A stretch of 64,000 nucleotides of DNA from Candidatus Marinamargulisbacteria bacterium (GTDB lineage: Bacteria; Margulisbacteria; Marinamargulisbacteria; UBA817), in contig JALQXX010000002.1 in the NCBI GenBank assembly GCA_023262965.1, forward strand, positions 22,173 to 86,172. Direction: 5' to 3'. A program made the translations under genes and the position numbers. The stretch's first letter is position 1; each line of letters starts with the position of its first letter. Positions 8,078 to 18,037 of the stretch are shown one piece after another. The notes below the pieces were generated by a model. The model was not told the DNA's origin. It saw only the letters and a list, made by a program, of their open reading frames with translations, and ran no database searches.

Positions 8078-9745
8078 TTAAAACGTCTGGGATAATCCAA
8101 CGTGGAGCATAACGTTTTGGGCGGCATTTAATCCCAGATCAATACGAAGGGGTAAGACGGGGTTTAGAAATCGTGCCCCTAGGCCATAGCCATAATAACA
8201 GGATAGGGTGTCCGTGGTGTTGCCAATGCAGCCATGATCCCAAAATAACGCGGCTTGCGTGATGGCGGTTACGGTGTATCGGTATTCCAGGTTATACGAT
8301 GCGCGATAATTTCCGTAGAATGCAAATTCAGGGTATCCGCGTAATGATTGGGCGCCGCCCAATGAGAAGGCTTCGGTTTCTAATGTGGGGTGATTGGTGC
8401 TTTTTTTGTAAATGCCGCCAAATACCCGCCCAGCGAGCGTTTGGTTTGTGGCAATGGCGTAGTACCGGGCATGGCTCAGACTGAGTCGGGAAAAGGGAAT
8501 GGCGGCGGGGACTCCCATTGGAAACCCAAATTCCATCGCGACCCGTGTGCTAGAGCCCGCGGTGGGGTTGAGACTGGGTTGAACCTGATTTAAAAAAAGA
8601 TGGAGCACGTGAAGGCTATAGGGGTCAAATGTGTTGCCAAACTGGGGAAATACCCGTTCAAAACGGATACTCGACCCAAGGGTAAGGTTTGCGAGTCGCC
8701 AGGTTTTGGATAGCGTGGCGGTTCCCCCAGATCGCACCGCGTTGTACACCGTCCCGTAGGATATTTCGGATGCGTACCGGGAGTATAATCGGGCTGTAGC
8801 CGATACATTGTAGCGATTCAATAGCCACGGTTGATGGTAGCCAATGGCATAGGTGCGAACGGCCAATGTATTCAGATAGCTGAGTTGGACTTGCACATCA
8901 ATTCGGTCGGAAAACAGGATAGTGTTATGACGTTGATAGCGCCCAAATACAGCCACGCCTTGATTATTCACCAATTCTTCCAATCCCACATCCACCCGAT
9001 TGGCTTTTTTGGGCTGAAGGGCGTAGCGGATGGTGAGGGCCTCGGGCGATGTCTCGTGTAGTTGCGGTGCGGATGTGACGGTGACCAGGGCCAACGACCG
9101 CAGGGTGTTGTAGTCGGTGTCGTAATGGGACTGCTGGAATGGCTGGTTGATGCGGGTCACCAAATCACGGGTAATATAATCATCGGGAATACCCGGAAGT
9201 GGGGACCATTCAATGGCGGTTATCCGGGGCATGGTAAGGCTATAGTGAAGCTGCCCATCGGGGGACATGACGGCCGATTTGACGGACGAGCGCGTATAGT
9301 CATGGGCGATGAGGTCCTGATTGATCGTATCAATCGTGGATTGCAGATCGTAATAATTCAGGGGCTCCCCAATCGGGATGGGTAATTTGGGGTATTTTTT
9401 GGGGTAGCCCTCAATAAAAACGGATTGAACAATCGGGTTTGGCATGATTGCAATGCGTAAATTACTGCCCACAGTACTGGGGATAAATGCGTGGGTTGCC
9501 GCTTGTATTTTGCCGCTTATACGCAATCCATGAAGGACGGATTCAACGTTTTTTGTGGATACAATACTGTCGGTGAATCGTTCCTTCAGAGTCGTGATTA
9601 AAGCGGTATCGGTGGTTCCCACCACGGACACCTGACGAACGTAATCGGCATGCAGGGTAATGCCCCACAATAGAAGTACGACAATCCTAAAACGAATACC
9701 CATAACTAATCCACCAACGCGGATCCACCAATGTGATATCCGCAT
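8078..9745 (-). CDS. tamA: Omp85-family outer-membrane protein, TamA/BamA-like
   Basis: POTRA-like N-terminal region, a long beta-barrel with Gly/aromatic-rich strands and a C-terminal ...GLSQTF ending in Phe. It sits immediately downstream of tamB and overlaps it. The true start may be an internal Met near 9703. Confidence 0.65.
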   Translation of the reverse strand: MRISHWWIRVGGLVMGIRFRIVVLLLWGITLHADYVRQVSVVGTTDTALITTLKERFTDSIVSTKNVESVLHGLRISGKIQAATHAFIPSTVGSNLRIAIMPNPIVQSVFIEGYPKKYPKLPIPIGEPLNYYDLQSTIDTINQDLIAHDYTRSSVKSAVMSPDGQLHYSLTMPRITAIEWSPLPGIPDDYITRDLVTRINQPFQQSHYDTDYNTLRSLALVTVTSAPQLHETSPEALTIRYALQPKKANRVDVGLEELVNNQGVAVFGRYQRHNTILFSDRIDVQVQLSYLNTLAVRTYAIGYHQPWLLNRYNVSATARLYSRYASEISYGTVYNAVRSGGTATLSKTWRLANLTLGSSIRFERVFPQFGNTFDPYSLHVLHLFLNQVQPSLNPTAGSSTRVAMEFGFPMGVPAAIPFSRLSLSHARYYAIATNQTLAGRVFGGIYKKSTNHPTLETEAFSLGGAQSLRGYPEFAFYGNYRASYNLEYRYTVTAITQAALFWDHGCIGNTTDTLSCYYGYGLGARFLNPVLPLRIDLGLNAAQNVMLHVGLSQTF

Positions 9746-12700
9746 CTTCGTTCAGACCTTTTAACCCAAATCGCAATCGATCGTTGAGTAACACCACAAG
9801 ATCCATTTGTTTCAGTGACACAGAACGGGTATTGACCGAATCCGATGATAAATTAACGTTCATTAACCCATTTAAAAATACCCGTTCACGATACACGTTT
9901 GATACAAATTCAAGGCCCATGATACGGGTGGTATCCACAAGGGATTGGTCATCCGCCGGGATTAGTGCGCGCCCCCAATCATAGGCTAAGCGAAAATCGT
10001 ATAATCCAATGCGTTTTGCGATGCGACGTTCATAGGGGCGCAAGGATTGTTGAACAAAGGTGTTTATGCGGTCTTGACCGGCACGTACAAAGGATGAATT
10101 GCTTGGATTGGCCAGTGCGTCCGGAACAATTAAGGTCATTTCGGGGGTATCCGCACCCGTTGCAGCGGCATCCCCAAGCGCATACATGCCGCGGAACACG
10201 TAGGGGGATAGGGGGGTGTAGTTGTCCCGCAGATGCAGGTCCAACACGCGGATAGATGGGGGGGTATTGCGAATCCCACCATCAATCACCAACCCCACAG
10301 CGGGATACGGGTAATCGCGATCGTCCGGGGGATTGGGCTTGGGCTTAATGCGCAGTGCCCGTAAATGCACGGTGGTATCCATGGGGGATAGGTCGATTCG
10401 ATTGTCTGCGACCAACAATAGTTCTTGCAGATAATGCGATTGTTGATCGGTGGTCATCAGGGTATAGACCCCGTCAAGAATGGTTGCCGATCCGCCGTGC
10501 AAGTAAACCGTCCCATTTGCCAGGGGTGAGGTCACGGATCCGGTGATCGTCAATGGGGGGTTGCTTGCGCGACCATCCACTTCCAAGAAGACCCGTGTTG
10601 CCAGATTGTAGGTGTCCTCGCCGATAATACTGCCTTCAATAAACAGTCCCTCCCCCAACGTGGCGGTCATATTTAAAAAAATGGGACTTGATTTTTGAGT
10701 AGCGGTTTGACGAGGAATCGTAATCAGGCCATCGCGCAATTGAAACGCTCCGGAAAGGGTCAGGGATGATGGGGGGCCTCCCCAGCTATAGTCCCCGGTT
10801 AGTTGTAGCGTTTCGGCGATAATGTCCCCGGCGTATCGATCCGGCTGATAGATCGTAAAAAAGGCATAGGGCATCTGGGCATTGACGGACACGGTTGCCC
10901 GTTGATCCCGAATATTCAAGTCCGCCAATCCCAGTGTCCCGCTTACATTAAAGACGTTGGTCTTTTTTTTGCGGGTGACGCGCCGGAATGTTTGTGTGCC
11001 GTTCCAGGTTAACGATAGGGGACCTGAAATACGGCCATCCGATGTTTGGGCCGCAAAGTGATGGATTTGCCAGGTTGTGGGATTTTTTTTGGTTCCCGTA
11101 ACCATAACGGCATTCTTGAGTTCAATCACGGTTTGAGGGAGGCTGATATTGGATAAAGGGCCACTAAAGTCAATCGAAAGAACCCCTGTATTTTGTATGG
11201 ACTGGATGGCGGGATGTACCAATGAGATGAGGTCAATGGCATTGTTTTTCAATTCGATGCGACCGGAGACATGGTCTTTTTTGGCGTCATACCGTAGCGT
11301 TAGCGGGGCGTGAATGGATTGACTATTGTACCGGATATGGGTTTGATCGATCATCCATACAGGATGATCCGCGTTAATGACGGCGGATACCTGGTCAATG
11401 ACCCGATGGTTATGACGAATATTGTAAAAATCAATGGTCTGGTGGGTGGGGTCGATGGACGCAATACGCGTCATGGCGATCGATACATCATTGTAGCGAA
11501 AATCACGAAGCTGCATCTCCATTTGAGGGGATTCATTGGGATGCATGCGAATGGTGCCGGTTAATAATCCGGCAATGGATAGGGGAGAGGGGGCATCGGC
11601 TGTATAGGACCTAATCCGGTTGAATTCAGCCAAATTGTTGGGGGCGTATTGATGGTATTCATAGGCCTGGGTGAAGGGTTTAGCACCGGGAAACGGGGTG
11701 TTTTTTTGAAAAGATTGAGTAAGGTCTTGATATAAATTGGCAACATCATGTAGCGATAACGCAGTGACTTTGGCCTGAAATTGATAGGGGGGGGTCCCCA
11801 GAGTGGCGGGGGATAAACGGCCCGCTCCAGACACGGAACCGTCGTTGAGTGTGGCGGAAAATTGGCGAATATCCCATAAGTCATGGGACACATTACCGTC
11901 GATAACCACATTGGTTAGGGTACTCCCGTGAACACCTAGGGTCGGGGTTTGTAATCGACCGTCAAATTGGATCCCATCCGGGCGTTTGTCAACACGTCCC
12001 TTTAAGGTGGCATTACCGCGTAATCCGCGATCCGCAAAATAGCGTAGCGCGTTCATACGAAAGGTGCCATCCACGGCCACCGTCGCCTGCAAATCCGGGC
12101 GTATGAGGCCTGTAAACTGCGCATTATGGACGCCGGTAGCCTGGAGCTCATGAATGGTGACGCCCATGGGGGTTTGACTGGCGTTGATGGCCAGGTCCCC
12201 CAGATACCCCCAGGCCGTGGATACGTTGTTGGCCTGGCCACGAAATTGACCGGTGGATGGGCTGTGATTGTAGATGAAATCACCGTTTAAGCGGCCTTGC
12301 AGCAGATAGGATACACTGTGGGGCCCAATCACAACAGGCAGCCAGGATAACGGCGTGTCAATGAACGTCAAGGCGGCCTGGCTGATGCGGCGGTCCGCGA
12401 TGCGCAAGGTTCCCGAAATAACCCGGCTATTTAGGGTGGCCGCGATGTGGTCATCCGAGCCAATCGCCGTAACCCGTAAGGCGGTGCCATTGGCAAGGTC
12501 AATGGTTGCGCGGCTTGAAAGATGGTAGTTGGAATCCAGCTGGTACTGGCCACGGCCGCCACGAATCGGTAGCGCATTGGGTGTGGAGGGGGTTGTGAGG
12601 GTTACGGTGCCGCTTTGCTCGGGAATGCGGTGGTGAATGGCTACGGATAGGTGCGTTTCCCAGGAATCTAGGGGTAGCGGATCGGCCTCAACGTGTAAGA

Positions 12701-13898
12701 AGGCATTGGGATGGTAAATGCCTTGAATCCGCACGGGGGATTGGGGGGCGGGGGTCAATGCGTAATGCGGGCCGTTTTTTTCAATATGAATGCTTGCCAA
12801 AGGGGTGGTGTCATGTGTAATGGCCACGTCTCCCGTGACGCCAAGGGTTGCAAAGTCGCCGGCAATACGCAGGGTCATACCGGCATCGATAGTGGGAAAG
12901 ACTTTTTTGAAAAAGGGCGTATTATCCAACTGGGTGAGGTGATTGGCGGTGACGGTAAGCGACAGGCGTTGATGGATGGGGGATAGGGTGCCAGATACCG
13001 ATACCGGGCAATGCCGATGAGTGCCCTGTAGCCCATTCAGACGAATTTGGAGATCCCCAGGGGTATGGGTCAGCTCAACCCGTCCCGTTACCCCTGTAAT
13101 GGGGTGAGGTAGGTCGGGCATGGATACGGTGGATTCGGTGATATCGGCGGCAATACGTACCAATACGGATGGGGCTCCGGTAGACGGATCGGTAGAAGCG
13201 ATGTGGCCCGACAGATTCCATCGGCCGTCATCGATGGTGACATACGGAATCATGTAGGCACTCCAGCGGGTTGGATCCAGGTCATTAACGGCAAAATCAA
13301 TCGCAATGCCACGGGGGGACGCCGTTCCCGATAGGTGAAGGGGGGATCGGCTATCTTCGGGGGTTGCCGATACGTCAATGATGATGGGCTTGGTTGCCCG
13401 TACGGCAATGGTTCCGGACAAATTGTCAAATGCAGGGGCAACGGTGCCCGATGTGGGTCCCCATCCACACGATGCAACGGTGCCAGCCAGTTGCTGGAGG
13501 TGGATGGTAAAGGGAAGTATTTTTTGATCGGATGCGAAGGGGCTCCCGGTGGATGGGGGGTAGCATTCGATGGTAAGGGTGCCGCCATGAACCGTGATCC
13601 GTGGAAAAATGGCCCCCAAACGGGGCAACACGGATAGTGTGACTGCCGGCAGGTCGGCGAGTGTTGCCTGTGTTTGTGGATGCGTAGCGGTGACATCCCG
13701 CAAGACAACGCCGGTTAGCCAATTGCCCGCTACCGAACCAATACGAATCTGGGTATGAGTGGCATACGTCAATAGCCATTCCGCATTTTTTTTTAATAAT
13801 GATGACACAAAGGGGGTTTGAACAGCCACATTAAGGACGAAAAAAAGAAGGGTAGCACCCGCGATTCCCCACCAAGCGATGCGAAAAATGGCACGCAT
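9687..13898 (-). CDS. tamB: Translocation and assembly module subunit TamB (AsmA-like/DUF490 giant inner-membrane-anchored periplasmic protein)
   Basis: 1403 aa with a single N-terminal TM (AWWGIAGATLLFFVLNVAV), a long beta-rich repetitive body and a C-terminal DUF490-like tail ending ...WWISYGYSF. Paired with a downstream Omp85 gene. Confidence 0.7.
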   Translation of the reverse strand: MRAIFRIAWWGIAGATLLFFVLNVAVQTPFVSSLLKKNAEWLLTYATHTQIRIGSVAGNWLTGVVLRDVTATHPQTQATLADLPAVTLSVLPRLGAIFPRITVHGGTLTIECYPPSTGSPFASDQKILPFTIHLQQLAGTVASCGWGPTSGTVAPAFDNLSGTIAVRATKPIIIDVSATPEDSRSPLHLSGTASPRGIAIDFAVNDLDPTRWSAYMIPYVTIDDGRWNLSGHIASTDPSTGAPSVLVRIAADITESTVSMPDLPHPITGVTGRVELTHTPGDLQIRLNGLQGTHRHCPVSVSGTLSPIHQRLSLTVTANHLTQLDNTPFFKKVFPTIDAGMTLRIAGDFATLGVTGDVAITHDTTPLASIHIEKNGPHYALTPAPQSPVRIQGIYHPNAFLHVEADPLPLDSWETHLSVAIHHRIPEQSGTVTLTTPSTPNALPIRGGRGQYQLDSNYHLSSRATIDLANGTALRVTAIGSDDHIAATLNSRVISGTLRIADRRISQAALTFIDTPLSWLPVVIGPHSVSYLLQGRLNGDFIYNHSPSTGQFRGQANNVSTAWGYLGDLAINASQTPMGVTIHELQATGVHNAQFTGLIRPDLQATVAVDGTFRMNALRYFADRGLRGNATLKGRVDKRPDGIQFDGRLQTPTLGVHGSTLTNVVIDGNVSHDLWDIRQFSATLNDGSVSGAGRLSPATLGTPPYQFQAKVTALSLHDVANLYQDLTQSFQKNTPFPGAKPFTQAYEYHQYAPNNLAEFNRIRSYTADAPSPLSIAGLLTGTIRMHPNESPQMEMQLRDFRYNDVSIAMTRIASIDPTHQTIDFYNIRHNHRVIDQVSAVINADHPVWMIDQTHIRYNSQSIHAPLTLRYDAKKDHVSGRIELKNNAIDLISLVHPAIQSIQNTGVLSIDFSGPLSNISLPQTVIELKNAVMVTGTKKNPTTWQIHHFAAQTSDGRISGPLSLTWNGTQTFRRVTRKKKTNVFNVSGTLGLADLNIRDQRATVSVNAQMPYAFFTIYQPDRYAGDIIAETLQLTGDYSWGGPPSSLTLSGAFQLRDGLITIPRQTATQKSSPIFLNMTATLGEGLFIEGSIIGEDTYNLATRVFLEVDGRASNPPLTITGSVTSPLANGTVYLHGGSATILDGVYTLMTTDQQSHYLQELLLVADNRIDLSPMDTTVHLRALRIKPKPNPPDDRDYPYPAVGLVIDGGIRNTPPSIRVLDLHLRDNYTPLSPYVFRGMYALGDAAATGADTPEMTLIVPDALANPSNSSFVRAGQDRINTFVQQSLRPYERRIAKRIGLYDFRLAYDWGRALIPADDQSLVDTTRIMGLEFVSNVYRERVFLNGLMNVNLSSDSVNTRSVSLKQMDLVVLLNDRLRFGLKGLNEDADITLVDPRWWISYGYSF

Positions 13899-13904
13899 GA
13901 CGGG

Positions 13905-14960
13905 TTAATTGGAAAATATGGCCTTAGATACCGCTTCGTAGGTGGCTTCAACCACAATCGGGGTTGTGGAAACAGAAATGGCATGATCGGGATCTTTGAG
14001 GCCATGACCGGTGATGATCGAAACAATGGTATCGTCTTTTGTAAAGGTGTAGCGTTTTGCGGCCTCAATCACCCCGGCAATGGCCACGGCACAGGCCGGT
14101 TCACAAAAAACACCATCTTTTTGGGCCAGTTGTTGCTGAAACTGGGTGATGGTGGCATCGGATACCATGCCAATAAATCCGCCCGACTCATCGCGGGCCG
14201 CTTCGGCGGTTTTCCAACTGGCGGGATTGCCAATACGAATGGCCGTAGCAATGGTTTCGGGGTCGGGAATCACGTGCCCGCGCACAATAGGGGCGGCTCC
14301 TTCCGCTTGAAATCCAATCATTTTGGGCCGTTTGGTGGCTTTTCCGGCATTGTAAAATTCGGTATAGCCTTTCCAATAGGCGGTAATGTTTCCGGCATTG
14401 CCAACCGGCATGACATGGTAATCGGGTGCGTCCGATAACTGGTCAATAATTTCAAATGCGCCGGTTTTTTGCCCTTCAATGCGGTAAGGGTTGACCGAAT
14501 TAACCAAGGCAATGGGTTCTTTTTCGGCAATATCACGCACAATTTGTAGAGCCAAGTCAAAATTGCCATCAATTTGAATAACAGTGGCACCGTGCATCAT
14601 GGCTTGGGAGAGTTTTCCCAAGGCAATCTTTCCTTTTGGAATGAGTACCACGCACCCCATGCCGGCTTTGGCAGCGTAAGCGGCTGCTGACGCGGAGGTG
14701 TTTCCGGTCGAGGCACAAATAACACGGGTCATCCCGGCTTCTTTGGCCTTGGTAACCGCCATGCACATCCCGCGGTCTTTGAAAGATCCGGTGGGGTTTA
14801 GCCCCTCAAATTTAACATACCATTTGGCCGGAATGCCCCAGTGGGCGGCCATGTTTTGAATGGGAATTAGGGGGGTATTGCCTTCGTGTAATGACACAAT
14901 CGGCGTGGTGTCCGATACCGGCAAATACGGTTTGTATGCGTTAATTAATCCAGTCCACAT
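13905..14960 (-). CDS. thrC: Threonine synthase
   Basis: 351 aa PLP enzyme with the lysine motif FKDRG and a Gly-rich loop. It starts MWTGLINAYKPYLPVSD.... Confidence 0.85.
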   Translation of the reverse strand: MWTGLINAYKPYLPVSDTTPIVSLHEGNTPLIPIQNMAAHWGIPAKWYVKFEGLNPTGSFKDRGMCMAVTKAKEAGMTRVICASTGNTSASAAAYAAKAGMGCVVLIPKGKIALGKLSQAMMHGATVIQIDGNFDLALQIVRDIAEKEPIALVNSVNPYRIEGQKTGAFEIIDQLSDAPDYHVMPVGNAGNITAYWKGYTEFYNAGKATKRPKMIGFQAEGAAPIVRGHVIPDPETIATAIRIGNPASWKTAEAARDESGGFIGMVSDATITQFQQQLAQKDGVFCEPACAVAIAGVIEAAKRYTFTKDDTIVSIITGHGLKDPDHAISVSTTPIVVEATYEAVSKAIFSN

Positions 14961-14965
14961 ATGTT

Positions 14966-15505
14966 TTAATCACCTCGTATTAGATTATACCGAAAATCCT
15001 CCCCAATACCATAGGGGGATAATAATGATGTTGAATCCGTCCATGCAATAATCCGGGATCCCCAATTCACCAATGGTTGGGTTAAGGGACTAATCAGGGT
15101 GGGTAAAAAATGCCCTAAAACGGTTAGAATCACACTCGCTAACGCAATGGATTTGCCACCATTTACCAGGCCGCCCAACCCGCGCATAACCCATCCGCTA
15201 CCCAGGCTGTCCGTTAAACGGGTTAAGCCCCAGGCCGCCAATCGAATGCCGATGTAGCCCGATACCCAAACCCCAGAGAATACGATAGCCGGCGGCCAGT
15301 CATGAATGGGGAGCCCTCCGTGGGTGGCCAAAAAGGGCCCGACATGCGGGGTTAAGGACCGGGCCACAAAAAACGATCCATAAATGCCAAATAGGCTAAT
15401 AAGCACATTAAATAGGCCGTGGCGAAGCCCTGCAATCAGGGAATACGCTATGTAAGCAATCACAATACTATCAACAATAACCGCGTTATCCATGATCCCG
15501 TACAA
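14966..15505 (-). CDS. cvpA: CvpA-family (colicin V production) membrane protein
   Basis: 179 aa with four predicted TM helices. The N-terminus (VIVDSIVIAYIAYSLIAGLRHGLF) is typical of CvpA. Confidence 0.55.
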   Translation of the reverse strand: MYGIMDNAVIVDSIVIAYIAYSLIAGLRHGLFNVLISLFGIYGSFFVARSLTPHVGPFLATHGGLPIHDWPPAIVFSGVWVSGYIGIRLAAWGLTRLTDSLGSGWVMRGLGGLVNGGKSIALASVILTVLGHFLPTLISPLTQPLVNWGSRIIAWTDSTSLLSPYGIGEDFRYNLIRGD

Positions 15506-16634
15506 AATCCGCTATTTTAGCGCAGGCCTGTTTGAGTTGGTTCATATCGGTTGCAACACAGGATCGAATATACCCCTCACCACCCGCACCAAATACATGG
15601 CCCGGCACAATGGCGACGTTTTGTTCGGCCAATAGGGTTTCGGCGAAGGTCATGGCGTCCATTCCCAGGGATTGAATGGATGAAAAGCAGTAGAGTCCCC
15701 CGTCGGGCATGGCGGTGGGGAGGCCCAGTTCCGTCATGGTGTGACTAAAATACTGAGCGCGTTGCTTGTAGGATTGACGCATCCGCGCAACATCCGCATC
15801 GGCCGACTCACACGCATCAATGGCGGCATATTGCGCAATTGTTGGGGCACACAGGGCGGCATACTGGTGGATTTTATTGGCCATGTCAATAATTGGCTCT
15901 GGCGCGATCATATACCCCAAGCGCCATCCGGTCATGGCATGGGATTTTGAAAATCCGTTCAAATAAATCACCCGATCCCGAACCGATGGAATGGCCGCAA
16001 TGCTGCTGCCAGGGCTAAAACGCAGATCCGCGTAAATATCATCCGATACAATCAGCAGATCATGCGTAATCGCCAATTGGGCAATCGCTTGTAATTCCGC
16101 TTCCGGAATACTGCGCCCCGTGGGGTTGTTGGGCGAACACAGCACAATGAGCTTGGTTTTTGGCGTGATCGCCGCTTCAATCGCGGCGGCGGTTACGGTA
16201 AACGCCGTTTGGGAGGTATCAATCGATGTCACCACCCCCCCGCACAATTCAATGAGCGGACGGTAACACACATAAATGGGCTCGGGTAAAATAACGGCAT
16301 CGTCGGGGTCGATTAAGGTGCGCATCAGAATATCCACTGCCTCAGAAACGCCCGATGTAATCAAACACTCCTGCGGTGTGGCGGTCACATTAAAATGCCG
16401 CGCTACATACGCGCAAATGGCCGTTCGCAACGCCAAAAGCCCCTTATTAGCGGTATAGGTTGTGGCCCCTTTTTGAATGCGGTAGATGGCCTCATCGCGA
16501 ATCGTCCAGGGGGTTAAAAAATCCGGTTCCCCCACCCCCAAGGATATGATGTCGTTGGCGGCCATTACCAAATCAAAAAACCGGCGAATACCGGAGGGGG
16601 GTATTTGCTGAACCCGTTTGGAAAAAATGGTCAT
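15486..16634 (-). CDS. Class I/II PLP-dependent aminotransferase (AspC/methionine aminotransferase-like)
   Basis: 382 aa with LGVGEPDF, NPTG and the PLP-lysine region FSKSHAMTGWRLGY. Confidence 0.8.
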   Translation of the reverse strand: MTIFSKRVQQIPPSGIRRFFDLVMAANDIISLGVGEPDFLTPWTIRDEAIYRIQKGATTYTANKGLLALRTAICAYVARHFNVTATPQECLITSGVSEAVDILMRTLIDPDDAVILPEPIYVCYRPLIELCGGVVTSIDTSQTAFTVTAAAIEAAITPKTKLIVLCSPNNPTGRSIPEAELQAIAQLAITHDLLIVSDDIYADLRFSPGSSIAAIPSVRDRVIYLNGFSKSHAMTGWRLGYMIAPEPIIDMANKIHQYAALCAPTIAQYAAIDACESADADVARMRQSYKQRAQYFSHTMTELGLPTAMPDGGLYCFSSIQSLGMDAMTFAETLLAEQNVAIVPGHVFGAGGEGYIRSCVATDMNQLKQACAKIADFVRDHG

Positions 16635-17122
16635 GGGATTAATGGAACCCGATCCGCAACGTCGGGCTTGCCCATTACAACGCCGTGCTCTTTGTAGGCT
16701 TTAAAAATAAAGTGTGTGGTGGTGGATACCACATTTTCGATGGTGGCTAATTTATCGAACACAAAATGCGCAATATCACGATGGTCCTTACCCGAAACAA
16801 CCACTAAAAAATCGTATTTTCCCGACACCAAGTAATGGGACACCACATTGGGGTAGCGGTGAATGGTTTGGGCAATGGCATCATATCCGGTGTCTTTTTC
16901 GGGTCGAATGGATAGTTCCACCAAGGCCTTAACGGGGGTGCCGTCAATTAAATCCTCGTCAATAACCACACTGAATCGTCGAATAATACCTTGATCGAGC
17001 ATGCGTTGAATGGATTCTGAAATGGCCGCTTCGCTGCGATTAAGCATTCGGGCCAAATCGGCGTTGCTGTGCCGGGAATTTTCAATCAAAATGGGTAATA
17101 ATTCGGTATCAACATGTGTCAT
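16631..17122 (-). CDS. lrp: Lrp/AsnC-family transcriptional regulator
   Basis: 163 aa with an N-terminal HTH (NADLARMLNRSEAAISESIQRM) and a C-terminal RAM domain. Confidence 0.8.
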   Translation of the reverse strand: MTHVDTELLPILIENSRHSNADLARMLNRSEAAISESIQRMLDQGIIRRFSVVIDEDLIDGTPVKALVELSIRPEKDTGYDAIAQTIHRYPNVVSHYLVSGKYDFLVVVSGKDHRDIAHFVFDKLATIENVVSTTTHFIFKAYKEHGVVMGKPDVADRVPLIP

Positions 17123-17309
17123 GGTGTTATCATAAAATGGATTGACAAAAAAAAATAGTTGTTTTAACCAATGATATCGGTTAAGCTATTGGCAAGTAAC
17201 AAAGTGGTGTTACAGAAAGGAGATCGTGATACATATTTACCATTTAGTGTGATTCAAAAAATCATAATTATATTAAAAATTATTTTTATAAATTTAAAAG
17301 GAGTAAAAA

Positions 17310-17876
17310 ATGAAAAAATCAATTTTATTATTTGTATTGGTTGCTGTGGCAACTGTTGTTAATGCGGCCCCGCGTTTTGGTGTGATCGCAGAGCAAAATT
17401 CGGGTGTTGGTGCGTTTATTAGCGACGATAGTTTTAATGCGCAGTTGACGTTTAATACGAATTCTGGTGATATAACTGAAAAAACAACAACCAAAGTAGG
17501 CGATGCAGATGCAACAACTAATGATCCAACAAAAAAATCAGATCAATTGACTACCATTAAAATTGGTGGAAACTACAAAATTGCCTTGGATTCGGTTACG
17601 GCATTGACAACTGGGGTTAACTTTTTAATGACATCAGGAGAAGACCAATATTTTGGTGATATCGACACATCCAATACATTGGCTCTTTCAGTGGGTGTTG
17701 AACGCGCACTATCATCTAACTTGGTTTTAACCGCTCAAACCGATGTTTTTTCAACGACAACAAAGAAGTATATAATGTCAACCACTGACGACACTAGAAA
17801 AACTGATATTGTTACAGAAGATACCTCTACTGCGGTTTTCAACAACACACGTATTGGTGTAGCGTACTTATTCTAG
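17310..17876 (+). CDS. Small outer-membrane beta-barrel protein (OmpW/Opa-like), Thr-rich
   Basis: Signal peptide MKKSILLFVLVAVATVVNA, alternating beta-strand pattern and a C-terminal ...RIGVAYLF ending in Phe. AAGGAG SD 7 nt upstream. The gene and its flanks are about 35% GC against about 50% for the window. Confidence 0.5.
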   Translation: MKKSILLFVLVAVATVVNAAPRFGVIAEQNSGVGAFISDDSFNAQLTFNTNSGDITEKTTTKVGDADATTNDPTKKSDQLTTIKIGGNYKIALDSVTALTTGVNFLMTSGEDQYFGDIDTSNTLALSVGVERALSSNLVLTAQTDVFSTTTKKYIMSTTDDTRKTDIVTEDTSTAVFNNTRIGVAYLF

Positions 17877-17904
17877 TTTAGTTTTAAGTAGCAATACACA
17901 GTCA

Positions 17905-17935
17905 ACGGGTCGCTTCGGCGGCCCGTTCGTGTTTT
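17905..17935 (+). terminator. Rho-independent terminator after the OMP gene
   Basis: 9-bp stem ACGGGTCGC / GCGGCCCGT with a TTCG tetraloop, followed by TCGTGTTTT. Confidence 0.55.
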
Positions 17936-18037
17936 AAGCGACAGGGGCGCGTTTTAGGTAAAAATCTAAGCCGGGCCACCTTATACGTGAAAAATAGCCT
18001 GGTAAACAACAGATATTTTAGGTAATATGGGAATTGT

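Noticed and set aside
9733-13779. Multiple 60-150-aa ORFs on both strands inside tamB and thrC (e.g. 9965..10255, 11561..11911, 13250..13708, 13426..13779, 13818..14438)
   Set aside because: All are embedded in or antisense to long conserved genes in a GC-rich stretch where random frames stay open. They have Pro/Arg/Gly-rich composition typical of shadow ORFs.
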